A stretch of 55,485 nucleotides of DNA, from the NCBI RefSeq assembly GCF_001194135.2, contig NC_068985.1:51307128-51362612 (forward strand). Reading direction: 5' to 3'. This document shows, piece after piece, positions 22,368 through 34,083 of this stretch; the stretch's first letter is position 1; each line of letters begins with the position of its first letter. Below the pieces are notes generated by a model. It saw only the letters and a program-made list of their open reading frames with translations. It had not been told where the DNA came from and did not search any database. The stretch is from Octopus bimaculoides (lineage: Eukaryota). The position numbers and the translations under genes were made by a program.

Positions 22368-22745
22368 TAAAAAATGAAAAAAATAATATATAAAAAAATA
22401 ATATATAAAAAATAAATATACCAATACATTATAGTGTCTTTGAGCTTTTAAAGTTCAATGGTAATCCATGTAGATAATGGTTGGAAAAATAAGGATGCAT
22501 GAAAATTGAGAGATGTTAGGTTAAAAAAAAAGAGAAAAGGGGCTAAAAGTTTGTGTTAAGCAGGAAGTGTGGTGTCAAAACAGGAAGTGTGTAAGAGGAG
22601 ACAAATCAATTTTCATGCATCCTTATTTTTCCAACCATTATCTACATGGATTACCATTGAACTTTAAAAGCTCGAAGACAATATAATGTATTGGTATATT
22701 TATTTTTTATATATTATTTTTTTATATATTATTTTTTTCATTTTT
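22368..22745. repeat. Near-perfect ~140-bp inverted repeat with ~95-bp spacer
   Basis: 22368-22510 vs 22606-22745; ORF track shows the same peptide MYWYIYFLYIIFLYIIFFIF on both strands; left arm starts at a gap edge. Confidence 0.85.
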
Positions 22746-23096
22746 TACTTCTTTGTAAAAAACATTTTCATTCTCCCTCTTCTTGAAAATTTGCCATGCA
22801 ATGAAAGCCGGTTAGAAATCTTTATTAAAATATGCTTCCAGTTTAGCATTCTGCCTTATCATTATTTTTCATTTTCATATATATATTTATAGAGCAATCC
22901 TTCACCATATTATGGTTTATTATTTAAGCTTACGTCAATATATAAATTATAAAAATAATTTTAAAAATATACAGTACTGTTTCTACTTTGCAGATTTTCA
23001 CCTATTGCAGGGGTCTTTAAATACCTCTTTCAGTTCTCCTTTAAATAGTCATGAAATGAGGTGCCATATTTTTGTAGTGATAATTGGTATATTTTA

Positions 23097-23490
23097 AGTT
23101 CTAGGTAACCCATTACCAGGTTTGCAATCACTGGGGCAGCTCGGGTTCCCATTGCAGTTCCACATTTTTGTCGATAGTAGACTGTATCGAACATGATATA
23201 GTTGTTCAGTAGGATGAATTTCAGTGCTGTGATTATGAATCTGTCCTGGGATCTCTTCTGGGTATTTTCCTAGCCAGAAGGTGATTGCTTCTATGCCATA
23301 ATTGTGTGGGATATTGGTGTACACATCAAATGATACTAACAGGGTTCCTTCATTTATTGTCTTTGGGAGGTGGATAAGCATGTCTAAGTCATCCCTGATG
23401 AAGCTTTTCACATATTTTAGAAACGATTTGAGTAAGATATTGAGGAAATTGCTCAAACGGTGAGTTTCACAAGCAGGGCCATATCTTTAT
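23097..23490 (-). pseudogene. Penelope-like element reverse transcriptase fragment
   Basis: GPACETHRLSNFLNILLKSFLKYVKSFIRDDLDML...LLVSFDV-YTNIPHNYGIEAITFWL, frameshift, then ALKFILLNNYIMFDTVYYRQKCGTAMGTRAAPVIANLVMGYLE: PLE RT motifs SFDVxxLYTNIP and GxAMGxxxAPxxANLxM. Confidence 0.9.
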
Positions 23491-23749
23491 TATTGTCACT
23501 CTGCCTTCTGCGCATGCATGCTTATTGTTGGTACTATTTTGGTCACACAATTGAAGTTTGAGCTTTAACGTGACATTTTTCTTTCTGGCTTTTTGCACCA
23601 AAGAAGAACAAAGAGCAGGGATCCAATTTCTCTGGAAAAGGGTGTATAATCAACAATGCAAGATACGATGCGTATATATTTGTGAATATTTGTATGTACT
23701 CGCATTTTGCTTTTCTATGGGTGTATATAAATATTTTCATTTATTTCGC

Positions 23750-23820
23750 TCAGTATGTTTTGCTGATGAAGGAAAATTTATCAAACTAATCCAGAAATTG
23801 ATCAATCCAAAACTATCTGA
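23750..23820 (+). ncRNA. Minimal type I hammerhead ribozyme with palindromic stem III
   Basis: GTTTTG(23757-62)-CTGATGA(23763-69)-A-GGA..TCC-A-GAAA(23794-97)-TTGATCAA-T-C(23807)-CAAAAC(23808-13); perfect 6-bp stem I extended by TCAG/CTGA; AUC triplet; ATTGATCAAT is a perfect palindrome. Confidence 0.7.
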
Positions 23821-24012
23821 ATTATTTTATGAAATTTTAGTCAGTCTACTTTCCTGCTTTCAACCTGTATATATATGTGGAGTGAATATCAGCAATGGTT
23901 GGACGTATTGGGTGTCTACTTTCAGTATATGAGCCCGGTAGCTTCTGTGCCCTTTATTATAATTGTACCTTATACAATTCTCTCTCTATATATATGTATG
24001 TGTGGATATGTG

Positions 24013-24132
<120 letters not shown>

Positions 24133-24243
24133 GATATATATCAATTGGGCATGGATACAATTGTAGGTGAAATTGAGTTTTATATTGTTCAGAATTGTAT
24201 TATGTTCTAATAAATTGATGTCTATATGTCAATTTCTCCGTTT

Positions 24244-24284
<41 letters not shown>

Positions 24285-24792
24285 TATATATAAACATGGA
24301 AAAGTTCATGTTGAAGACGATATGTGTATGTATATACACATATTCTTCATGAATATATAAGCTCTTTGACATACTCGTATACTGAGCACTCACCTTTTCT
24401 CTACACACTTAATCCACCCTCACTCACTCACACACACACACACGCAAATACTTTCCTATATAGGCACACACAGATGTATCATTGTGCACATGCATACATT
24501 CTCACGGTACGCATGTGCAAGTGTGCCCATATGTATTGCCATGTGTGATATAACGACTTTATTTTCTCTGTGCTTTGTATTTTTACTTGCAACCCATGGT
24601 GGAATGTTATCTTTTTAACGCATCAGAACCCATACCCATCTGTCATACACATGCACATCAGAACCCATCTGTCACAAACATCTTGCCTAATGAAAAAAAA
24701 AACAAAAAAGAATAAATAAAGCTTAAAAATCTCAAGAGAGTAATTTTTACGAGATACTACTTATATTGTGCACGCGAGTATATAAATTACAT

Positions 24793-24826
<34 letters not shown>

Positions 24827-24873
24827 TTATATATACATATACAGAGACATAGATAGATAGATAGATAGATAGG

Positions 24874-24959
<86 letters not shown>

Positions 24960-25044
24960 TGAAAGGTGTAGTGAGCGAGAGAAAGAAAGTTGCAAAGAGA
25001 TGTACATACTCAAACTTTCACACATTCACTCACACTGCTTGTCA

Positions 25045-25347
<303 letters not shown>

Positions 25348-25351
25348 TCAG

Positions 25352-25558
25352 TAATAATAATCCTTTCTACTATAGACGCAAGGCCCGAAATTTTGTGGGA
25401 GGAGACTTGTCGATTACATCGATCCCAGTGTTTCACTGGTACTTAATTTATCGATCACCGAGAGGATGAAAGGCAAAGTCGACCTCGGTGGAATTTGAAC
25501 TCAGGACATAAGAACGGACGAAATGCTTCTAAGCGTTTCGTCCGACGTGCTCGTCGCC
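25352..25558 (-). mobile_element. S2 SINE, CpG-rich copy
   Basis: gtcgattacatcgatcccag..ggtacttaatttatcgatc..gcaaagtcgacctcggtggaatttgaactc..gtgctcgtcgcc. Confidence 0.85.
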
Positions 25559-26080
25559 TAGTGATAACAATATGAAGAACAACAATAATAGACAACAAGA
25601 AGAAGAGGTGTTGGATAAAAACCTTTTTTAAATTTCAGTCTTATGTTTGATCAGTCAAACACTATACCGCCTCTCTCTCTCTCGCTCTCTCTCTGCACTC
25701 ACGCGAGTGTGTGATGTAGACATAGTAAAACAACAATGCTGTGAAAGATGTCGTTGCCTTTTGTCATTCGAAACCGTCGTCACCCGAATCTCTCCACCAC
25801 CGACAACATCAACCCCATAGCAAACTATAAAAGGTACGATAAAGTATCTCGTTACACTGCATTATAGATACACCTTGATGGAAATAATACCCCTGTGTGA
25901 TAAGGTGTCTATATATAAATATGTATGTACGTACGTAAGAGTCTTCTCGCCAAAGCAGTAGCTGGTTTTAATCTTTTCACCGAAATACATCAATGAAATA
26001 CAAAGAAACGGGGTAAAAAAAAAAGGATAAAATATAGAAGTGAAAGAAGAAAGAAAAAAAAGAGAAGTAAGGTAAAAAAG

Positions 26081-26268
26081 GTAAATTTTCAGATTAACAC
26101 CCGCACGATCTTCACTAGGGTGTTAGGGCTAGGGTTTTAGGGTCAGGGTTAGGGTTTTAGGGTTAGAGTTAGGGTTACGGTTAGGGACGGAATTCACTAA
26201 CCCTAACCCTAAAACCCCAACCCTAACACCCTAGTGAAAATCGTGCGGGTGTTAATCTGAAAATTTAC
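26081..26268. mobile_element. Palindromic telomeric-repeat MITE-like element: head-(TTAGGG)n / (CCCTAA)n-head
   Basis: 72-bp arms (26081-26152 vs 26197-26268) with 4 mismatches; arms = gtaaattttcagattaacacccgcacgat.ttcactagggtg + TTAGGG-like repeats; homologue at 41742. Confidence 0.85.
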
Positions 26269-27336
26269 TGAATTAAAGAGGGGAGTTAAAGCAGCAGAAG
26301 ATAGAGGAGAGGGACGATGGGTCACATCCCAGAACAAATGATGTGTTCGGCTGCGTCCCGCTGTAATGATTGAGGTGGCGTTGCCGCGGAGAATGGCCAG
26401 TGACACTTGCTGCAGAAGTCACTCCCCTCGCGGGACCCNNNNNNNNNNNNNNNNNNNNNNNNNNNNNNNNNNNNNNNNNNNNNNNNNNNNNNNNNNNNNN
26501 NNNNNNNNNNNNNNNNNNNNNNNNNNNNNNNNNNNNNNNNNNNNNNNNNNNNNNNNNNNNNNNNNNNNNNNNNNNNNNNNNNNNNNNNNNNNNNNNNNNN
26601 NNNNNNNNNNNNNNNNNNNNNNNNNNNNNNNNNNNNNNNNNNNNNNNNNNNNNNNNNNNNNNNNNNNNNNNNNNNNNNNNNNNNNNNNNNNNNNNNNNNN
26701 NNNNNNNNNNNNNNNNNNNNNNNNNNNNNNNNNNNNNNNNNNNNNNNNNNNNNNNNNNNNNNNNNNNNNNNNNNNNNNNNNNNNNNNNNNNNNNNNNNNN
26801 NNNNNNNNNNNNNNNNNNNNNNNNNNNNNNNNNNNNNNNNNNNNNNNNNNNNNNNNNNNNNNNNNNNNNNNNNNNNNNNNNNNNNNNNNNNNNNNNNNNN
26901 NNNNNNNNNNNNNNNNNNNNNNNNNNNNNNNNNNNNNNNNNNNNNNNNNNNNNNNNNNNNNNNNNNNNNNNNNNNNNNNNNNNNNNNNNNNNNNNNNNNN
27001 NNNNNNNNNNNNNNNNNNNNNNNNNNNNNNNNNNNNNNNNNNNNNNNNNNNNNNNNNNNNNNNNNNNNNNNNNNNNNNNNNNNNNNNNNNNNNNNNNNNN
27101 NNNNNNNNNNNNNNNNNNNNNNNNNNNNNNNNNNNNNNNNNNNNNNNNNNNNNNNNNNNNNNNNNNNNNNNNNNNNNNNNNNNNNNNNNNNNNNNNNNNN
27201 NNNNNNNNNNNNNNNNNNNNNNNNNNNNNNNNNNNNNNNNNNNNNNNNNNNNNNNNNNNNNNNNNNNNNNNNNNNNNNNNNNNNNNNNNNNNNNNNNNNN
27301 NNNNNNNNNNNNNNNNNNNNNNNNNNNNNNNNNNNG

Positions 27337-27356
27337 ACCCTCGTTGAGAACCACTG
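27337..27356. mobile_element. Right TIR of a hAT/Charlie-like element emerging from a gap
   Basis: gaccctcgttgagaaccactg; same terminus type as 7548-7871. Confidence 0.55.
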
Positions 27357-27394
27357 GTTTATGTAAATAGATAATCATTGGTATGAAAGCGGGT

Positions 27395-27675
27395 GTGGAG
27401 GCGCAATGGCCCAGTGGTTAGGGCAGCGGACTCGCGGTCAGAGGATCGCGGTTTTGATTCCCAGACCCAGCGTTGTGTGTGTTTATTAGGCGAAAATACC
27501 TAAAGCTCCACGAGGCTCTAGTAGGGGGTGGTGGCGAACCCTGTTGCACTCTTTCGCCCCAACTTTTTCTCATTCTTTTTCCTTGAGTAACGTCCAGCTA
27601 GGGAGGAACACACCACAGAAACTGGGAAACCGGGCCCATGAGCCTGGCTAGGCTTTGAAAGGGCACATAATAAAA
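27395..27675 (+). mobile_element. S3-head SINE with an alternative 3' tail
   Basis: gtggaggcgcaatggcccagtggttagggcagcggactc head and body to ~27570, then gaaactgggaaaccgggcccatgagcctggctagg instead of the S3 tail. Confidence 0.75.
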
Positions 27676-27975
27676 TGAAAGTGGGTAGTGTTTCATAGGT
27701 TTGCCTAGGTGGAGAGAAGAAACTAATGAGAGAGCGTTTAGTGCTTCGCCGGTACTGGGTAAAAAATTGAAATAAATATAGAAATTAAATAAAATCAACA
27801 AAATACTAGTTAGGGTGAATTTCGTTACATTTCTTCCAACTACTTGAAGTATTTCCACAAGCATCAGAGTGTGGTACCACCGGGGCGGCCCTTCAGTTTG
27901 CTTCACCCAGGCCCCCACGAAAAATACATTGCCGACCGGGGAGAACACCGTCCCCCCGGGGATCTAGTTCAAAAC

Positions 27976-28607
27976 GGGGGCACCAGTTTTCATTTATGTT
28001 TTATGTAGTGTTTTTGGTACTGAAAGACTTTCAAACTTCGTATACTTATCTATTTTGTGTTATAGAACAGAAAAAAATTTTTGTATTCAAATTTATTTCA
28101 TGTAAAAAATTGTCTTATTTTGATAATTTCAACCAATCACTGACAAGTATTCAGCTGTTTACAGTTACTCCTTTGGCAGTTTAAGCGGTGTAAAGCGTAT
28201 TTAATCTCCATTACTTCTGACATTTTGCAGAGAGGCCACACACGTGTGTTCGTTTTCCCTATCCGACTTGCTCCTTCCCTCAAAAACCAGGCCTTGTGCC
28301 TATAATAGAAAGGTTTATTAGCTACTGCCAATAGGCTTCAGCCATTTTTTGACAAGGAAATAATAATTTTATCACCGCCAGAATCGTTTGAGAATCGTTT
28401 GTTTACGTAGTCAGCACTTAATGTATTCGGCTGAATGGACGTCAGTCATTGGTTGAAATTACAGAAATACGACAACTTTAACATGAAATAAATTGCAATA
28501 TAATAATTTTTCTTAAGAAGACTAAGAGAAAAAGATGTTTTATATGACACATTCTACCAGTGTCCCAAGTTTCAAAGTGTTTCGTTAAGAAAATACTGGT
28601 TCCCCCC
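27976..28607. mobile_element. Non-autonomous DNA transposon (superfamily unassigned) with internal inverted repeats
   Basis: TIR-like gggggcaccagtttt ... aaaatactggttcccccc; internal IR tttcaaccaatcactgac (~28127) / gtcagtcattggttgaaa (28441). Confidence 0.55.
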
Positions 28608-30721
28608 GGTCTCACCTCCCCCCTCTAGAAAGTATTTAAACTTTCACTTGATTATTTTCAAATTTTCTACATTGGTATAGTTTCGCATATTGACAACGAA
28701 AATCGCATTAATTTTTCTCTAGAAATCTATTAATAATAAAGAAGCTGCAAGCATTTAAAGTTATATAATTTTAGCCTGTGATAACATGACAACTCCACTT
28801 TATAAATGTATACCCATGTGTAAACAAAACCAAAAAAAAAAAAAAGAGAGAATATTACGGAGCCACGAATGCTTTTTTTTTCTTTGTTTTTAAAGAATTG
28901 AATGAGAAATCTTTTTAAAAAGGATTTTATCATCATCATCATCTGGTCGAGGTTGCTCAAACTTTTTTAACTCGCGCACGCCATCCAACTCAGATATTCT
29001 GTTGAGGAACTAGTTTTGAAATGAAATGAAATACAAACTTCAAATGAAAAAAAAAATTAATGAAAGGAATCGGACTCACAACACGTGGACTATCAACACA
29101 TGGGTAAACAACGATAAACTGTTGTTGCTATGACAACAATGCCCACTATGTGAGCAGCAATGAAGGCTCTCCCCTTCCCATTCACTTAGACTACATAATT
29201 TTAAATGCTTATAACTTCTTAATTATTGATTTCTAGGAAATGGAAATATGAACGTGATTTTCTTCATCAGCATGCAAAACTACATTCAAATTACATTTCT
29301 TGAAAATATTCAGATTTGAAATATTTCGAGTGGTTGGAAGAAATTTGGGTTTATAATCGATAACTAAGTTAATTTGGTGTGCAGTAAATTCATCGCAGTT
29401 AATTACATCGTGGCAGATACACCGCTTATAATTTCATTGACTGTTTAATTTTATTGCAAGATAATTGCATCATCACGAGCGAACGTATCGGCAGTAAATT
29501 CATCAGGCCTATTATCTACCAAGTAAATACATCGTTAAACATTGTCCTAAGTTTACATCCGTAGAATAATTACGTCACCGTCATCACCATTGTTTTACTC
29601 TTCGTTTTTTTCACGCTTGCATATGAGACAAACTAAATTTGTGGATGCAGATTTTCTATAGCTGGATGCTTTTCTTGTCAAGCGGCCTTCACGATGTTTC
29701 CAAGCAAGGTAATATTTCCCAGTGAACAGATATTTTTCAAGGAAGACTGGTTTACAACCGTCACGTGATTTCAAAACGTGTACACACACACACACACACA
29801 CACACATATATGATGAGCTTCTCTCAGCCTTCATCAATCAGACCCCTCACAAGGTTTTGATCATCACAGGACTATAATAGAAGCAGCTTTCCAAGGTGCA
29901 ATGCAGTGAAACTGACCCCAAGACCACACGGTTAGGAAGCAAGCTTCTTAGCGAATGTGCAGCCATCTGCACATTATTAAAAAAATTTTGTCTACAGAGT
30001 AAATATAATGCTAAACTTTATTTGAAGTGTTATATTTTTAAACGCTAAGAAATTGTTTTACGTTGCATTTCATTGATAATGTGAAAGAAATTCAAAGACA
30101 AACATTTCATCCTATAACCTGGAAATTATTAGAGATCTTGAAAAAGGAACAATCAACAAATGCAATAATGATTGACGAGAATGTCGCCATTGTAGAAATT
30201 TCACACTTCTTTCTGCACAAGAAATAGGACAGAGAGAGTTCAATGCCACGAAAATGAATATCAAAATCGTAAAATATTGGATCGTTCAAGGGTTTTCTTC
30301 ACAATTTATCATTTTAGAATGTTCCTTTCTGAACGTCTGAATAGCTGCAGCCATTTTCCGTTCAAGGATATATATTTATTTTTAAATCATTCATTATTCA
30401 ATAGCCATTATTTATAACTGCATTCACCCTAAAAAAATTTTTACAAAAAATTCTATCTTTTCACAGTATCATTTTGAAATTGTAGTTTTAAACGGAACTG
30501 ATTTATTTCTTTGTTTTCTCAAGTATACATTGAGTAATTGTTTTTTCATTTAATAATTTTATATATGGTTTTTAATGGTGGAACTCGAAGTACCACTTTG
30601 GATAGGGAAAGTCGAAGGCTGTCCGTAGGACTCAAGCCCACATCTTTTGTTGAAATTACAGATGTTCTACCCTTATACCAAAGCAACCCTTTGTATTTTT
30701 TATGATGTAAACATAATTCTT

Positions 30722-31085
30722 GCTGGGTTCTGTTCCACCATGCGACACCTTAGGCATATGTCTTCTACTATACCCTGAACTGATCGATGTCTTGCGACTG
30801 GGTTTCAAAAGCAGAAATTGAAAGAAGCCAGTCACATATATGTATGTATATGTTTGGTGTATATGCATCTTTGTATTGTTGTTTGTTCCCCACCACAACC
30901 TGACAACCAGTGTAAGTTTGTTTACGTCCCCATAACTTATCGGTTCAGAAAAAGAAGCCTACAGAATAAGTATCAGGCTTTTAAAAAAATAAGTACTGGG
31001 GTCGATTTGTTAGACTTAAATCCTTCAAGGTAGTGCTCCAACTTGGCCGCAGTCCAATGACTGCAACAAGTAAAAGATAAGATAT
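30722..31085 (+). mobile_element. S1 SINE, 5'-truncated
   Basis: gggttctgttcca..gacaccttaggc..gtcttctactata ... gtactggggtcgatttg...ggccgcagtccaatgactg..caagtaaaaga. Confidence 0.8.
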
Positions 31086-31363
31086 GAAAAAATAGCATTC
31101 ACAGAAAGGAAGGTGGCGGGGAACTAAAAGAAACTTTGTGCCCCTGTTCCCACTAATAAATTTTCTGTCAAGGAGCGGAGACGGTGTCCTAGGAGCAGGT
31201 AACAACTTGATGGCTTGTGGGACTCCCAACTCCAACTTAACCACGAATCTTTAATCAAGTCTGTCACTATCTTTGTAATCATTACTATCACCATGACAAC
31301 CACAGTCCACCCTAACTCCTACTGCCTGGGGAACGAAATTTACTTAGTAGGTGCAAACCCAGA

Positions 31364-31740
31364 GTGGAGGCGCAATGGCCCAGTGGTTAGGGCAGCAGAC
31401 TCGCAGTTTTGATTCCCAGACCGGGCATTGTGAGTGTTTATTGAGCGAAAACACCTAAAAGCTCCACAAGACTCCAGCAGGGGATGGTGGCGAACCCTGC
31501 TGTACTTTTTCACCACAACTTTCTCTCACTCTTAATTCCTGTTTCTGTTGTGCCTGTAATTCAAAGGGTCAGCCTTGTCACACTGTGTCACACTGAATAT
31601 CCCGAGAACTACGTTAAGTGTACACGTGTCTGTGGAGTACTCAGCCACTTGCATGTTAATTTCACGAGCAGGCTGTTCCGTTGATCGGATCAACTGGAAC
31701 CCTCGTCGTCGTAAGCGACGGAGTGCCAACAACAACAACA
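31364..31740 (+). mobile_element. S3 tRNA-derived SINE, full length, (CAA)n tail
   Basis: A box tggcccagtgg, B-box region gattcc, tail ggaaccctcgtcgtcgtaagcgacggagtgcc(aac)n; approximate TSD gcaaacccag/gcaaagccag. Confidence 0.9.
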
Positions 31741-32844
31741 AGAAGCAAAGCCAGGTCATATGTGGAATGTCCTCGATTGCAAAGTCTACTCGATAATAGT
31801 TGTTCTGGTTGATACTCAACAACTCAGTCCCCACCACCACAATCACCATCACTGCCATTATTACAACGAAAACGACCATCATCATCACCATCGCTCTCAA
31901 GCCTACATATATCGCAGTCGTGGGTAAGCTGAGGTCCACGAGACTTTCTCAATGGCACTGGCACGCTTAACGAAAAACTATCTTGAATATTTTTTGTAGT
32001 GTGACCCGCTTGATGATGAGTCATGTCTCATGTTGCCCGTTTCTCGAAAAAAGTTTGCCCATGTTTGATATATCATATAGAGTAGTGTTTCTCATAAGAA
32101 ATGGCATTACCATCCTTCTTTGGGTCGGTGGGAGGTCTTGTGGGAATAGAAAAGTGGTTGACCAAATTGTCATGTTTATACGATGTTTAAACTTGTTAAA
32201 CTTGTCCAACACAAACAATGGCAAAGAAAGAATAATTATAAGGGTGCAGACTCCATTTTGTGTTTATAGAAATAAGAAAGTGGGTGTAGAGAGGCGCAAA
32301 GTATTTCACAAATATTTTTTGTGTGTTGTTGTTGGTGGTGGTATTTGTCAGAGTGAGAACCACTGTTGATAGACAAAGTAAAACAATAAGATTCAAGCAG
32401 AGAGTGGAGAGATATGTAATTAACTTTCATTGTCATTCGAACCCAACCTCCTCCCATCGCCAACATCATTGCACTGAATAAGGTAGGATGAGATATCCTG
32501 TTACATTGTACACATATCTTGATAGAAATAATACCCCTGGGGGTAGGGACAGAATATGTGTCTATATAAGTTGCTGTCAGGACAGATGCTGTCAGCTGTG
32601 TTGATAAAAGGGATGTCAAGGCTGTGCTTAAGCAAGCTGGTAGTAATGATGACAGAGGCATTGGTGGTAGTTTGGGTGTTGCTGGTGGTGGTGCAAATAT
32701 GGTCTCAGTAATAGTAGAAGTGGCAATGGTGGTAGTAGTCTTGGTAATGCTGGTAGTGGTACTATATTATAGATTTAGTAATGGTAGTGATGGTAGTAAT
32801 GACAATATGATGTAATGAATATAGTGGCGCTGGTGGAGTATTTT

Positions 32845-33025
32845 ATTAGCCCTTGGTCAGCCACAATCGGGCAGATTTACGATCAACGGTATTCCAGCCA
32901 TGCCCATATTGACTTTTCAAGGATTACACTATATTAGCCAATGTGACTATTTTCTTTATTGAAAATGACTGGGTATGTGATTTAAGGGAGATTTGGTTGC
33001 TATTTCATGTAGGCCAAGCAACAAT
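32845..33025 (+). mobile_element. S4 interspersed repeat
   Basis: ttagccctt.gtcag...gatcaa.ggtattccagcc...gtgatttaagggagatttggttgctatttc; homologous to 49055 (+) and 13020, 43570, 49530 (-). Confidence 0.6.
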
Positions 33026-33285
33026 TCCTTTGATTGTTCTGTGGTAGTGGTAGTGATAATATTTAATAAATGCTTCTGGTCAAAGAATAACGGTCAGCAA
33101 CAATAACTACTGCACACCTTCCCAAACTGGTGAAGTAAATGTTGTTGTTTGAGGATGGACCTTTGTGATTTGATTCTTTTTTTTAAGGAAATGATATGAT
33201 TGGATGCAGCTGCTTGGATGCTGGTGATTTGGGATGGTTTAATGGACATAGAACATGTTTTAGCAGCAGTACTTTATGGCACTAG

Positions 33286-33520
33286 GTGGAGGTGAGTGGT
33301 TAGGGTGTTGGACTCACGATAGCAAGATTGTGGTTTCAGTCTCTGGACTGGGCGACCTGTTGTGTTCTTGAGCAAAAGACTTCATTTCATGTTGCTCCAG
33401 TTCACTAAACTGGCAAAAATGAGTAAACCTGCGACGGACCGGCGTCCCATTCAGGTGGGAAATTTATACGCCATGGAAACTGGTCCTATGAGTTTATGAC
33501 TTAGGAAGGAACATTACTTT
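33286..33520 (+). mobile_element. S5 tRNA-derived SINE
   Basis: gagtggttagggtgttggactcacg..gtggtttc head, ttgagcaaaagacttcatttcatgttgctccag body, cctgcgacggaccggcgtcccattcagg segment reminiscent of the V-SINE central domain (unverified). Confidence 0.65.
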
Positions 33521-33744
33521 TTTTTACTACCTTATGGGACTGGAAGCAAATATACACACACACATGCACGTGCAGAAATATAGAAATACAGGCATGCGTG
33601 AGAAAAGGAAAGAGAGCGACAAACAGACAGGAAGAGACAGACTTTACAGTTTATTAATTGCACATCATCTTCATCATTATTTAACGTCCATTGTCCATAC
33701 TGGCTTGGGTCAAATGACAAAAACATTTTCCCACTCATCATACA

Positions 33745-34083
33745 CATCATCATCTTTTAATGTCCGCTTTCCATGCTAGCATGGGTTGGACGATTTGACT
33801 GAGGACTGGTGAACCAGATGGCTACAGCAGGCTCCAATCTGATTTGGCAGAGTTTCTACAGCTGGATGCCCTTCCTAACGCCAACCACTCCGAGAGTGTA
33901 GTGGGTGCTTTTACGTACCACCAGCACGAAGGCCAGTCAGGCTGTACTGGCAACGGCCACGCTCAAAATGGTGTATTTTACATGCCACCTGCACAGGAGC
34001 CAGTCCAGCGGCACTGGCAATGATTTCGCTTTCGCTTGCTCCAACAGGTCTTTGCAAGCCGAGTTTTGTGTCCAATGAAGGAG
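33745..34083 (-). mobile_element. RTE LINE 3' fragment
   Basis: catcatcatc..tccgctttccatgctagcatgggttggacg...ggatgcccttcctaacgccaacc...caacaggtctttgcaagccgag; a second short tail precedes it at ~33660. Confidence 0.85.

Noticed and set aside
23395-23424. CTGATGA...GAAA hammerhead-like motif
   Set aside because: Antisense to the RT coding region (IRDD codons); no stem I or cleavage triplet.
26081-26268. True ancestral telomere-telomere fusion site
   Set aside because: Arrays are short and bounded by a unique head also found at 41742 in a TIR-bounded context; element origin is more parsimonious.
31760-31927. 55-aa His-rich ORF ending at a GTAAG donor-like site
   Set aside because: His run derives from decayed (CAT/CAC)n; no acceptor or homology evident.
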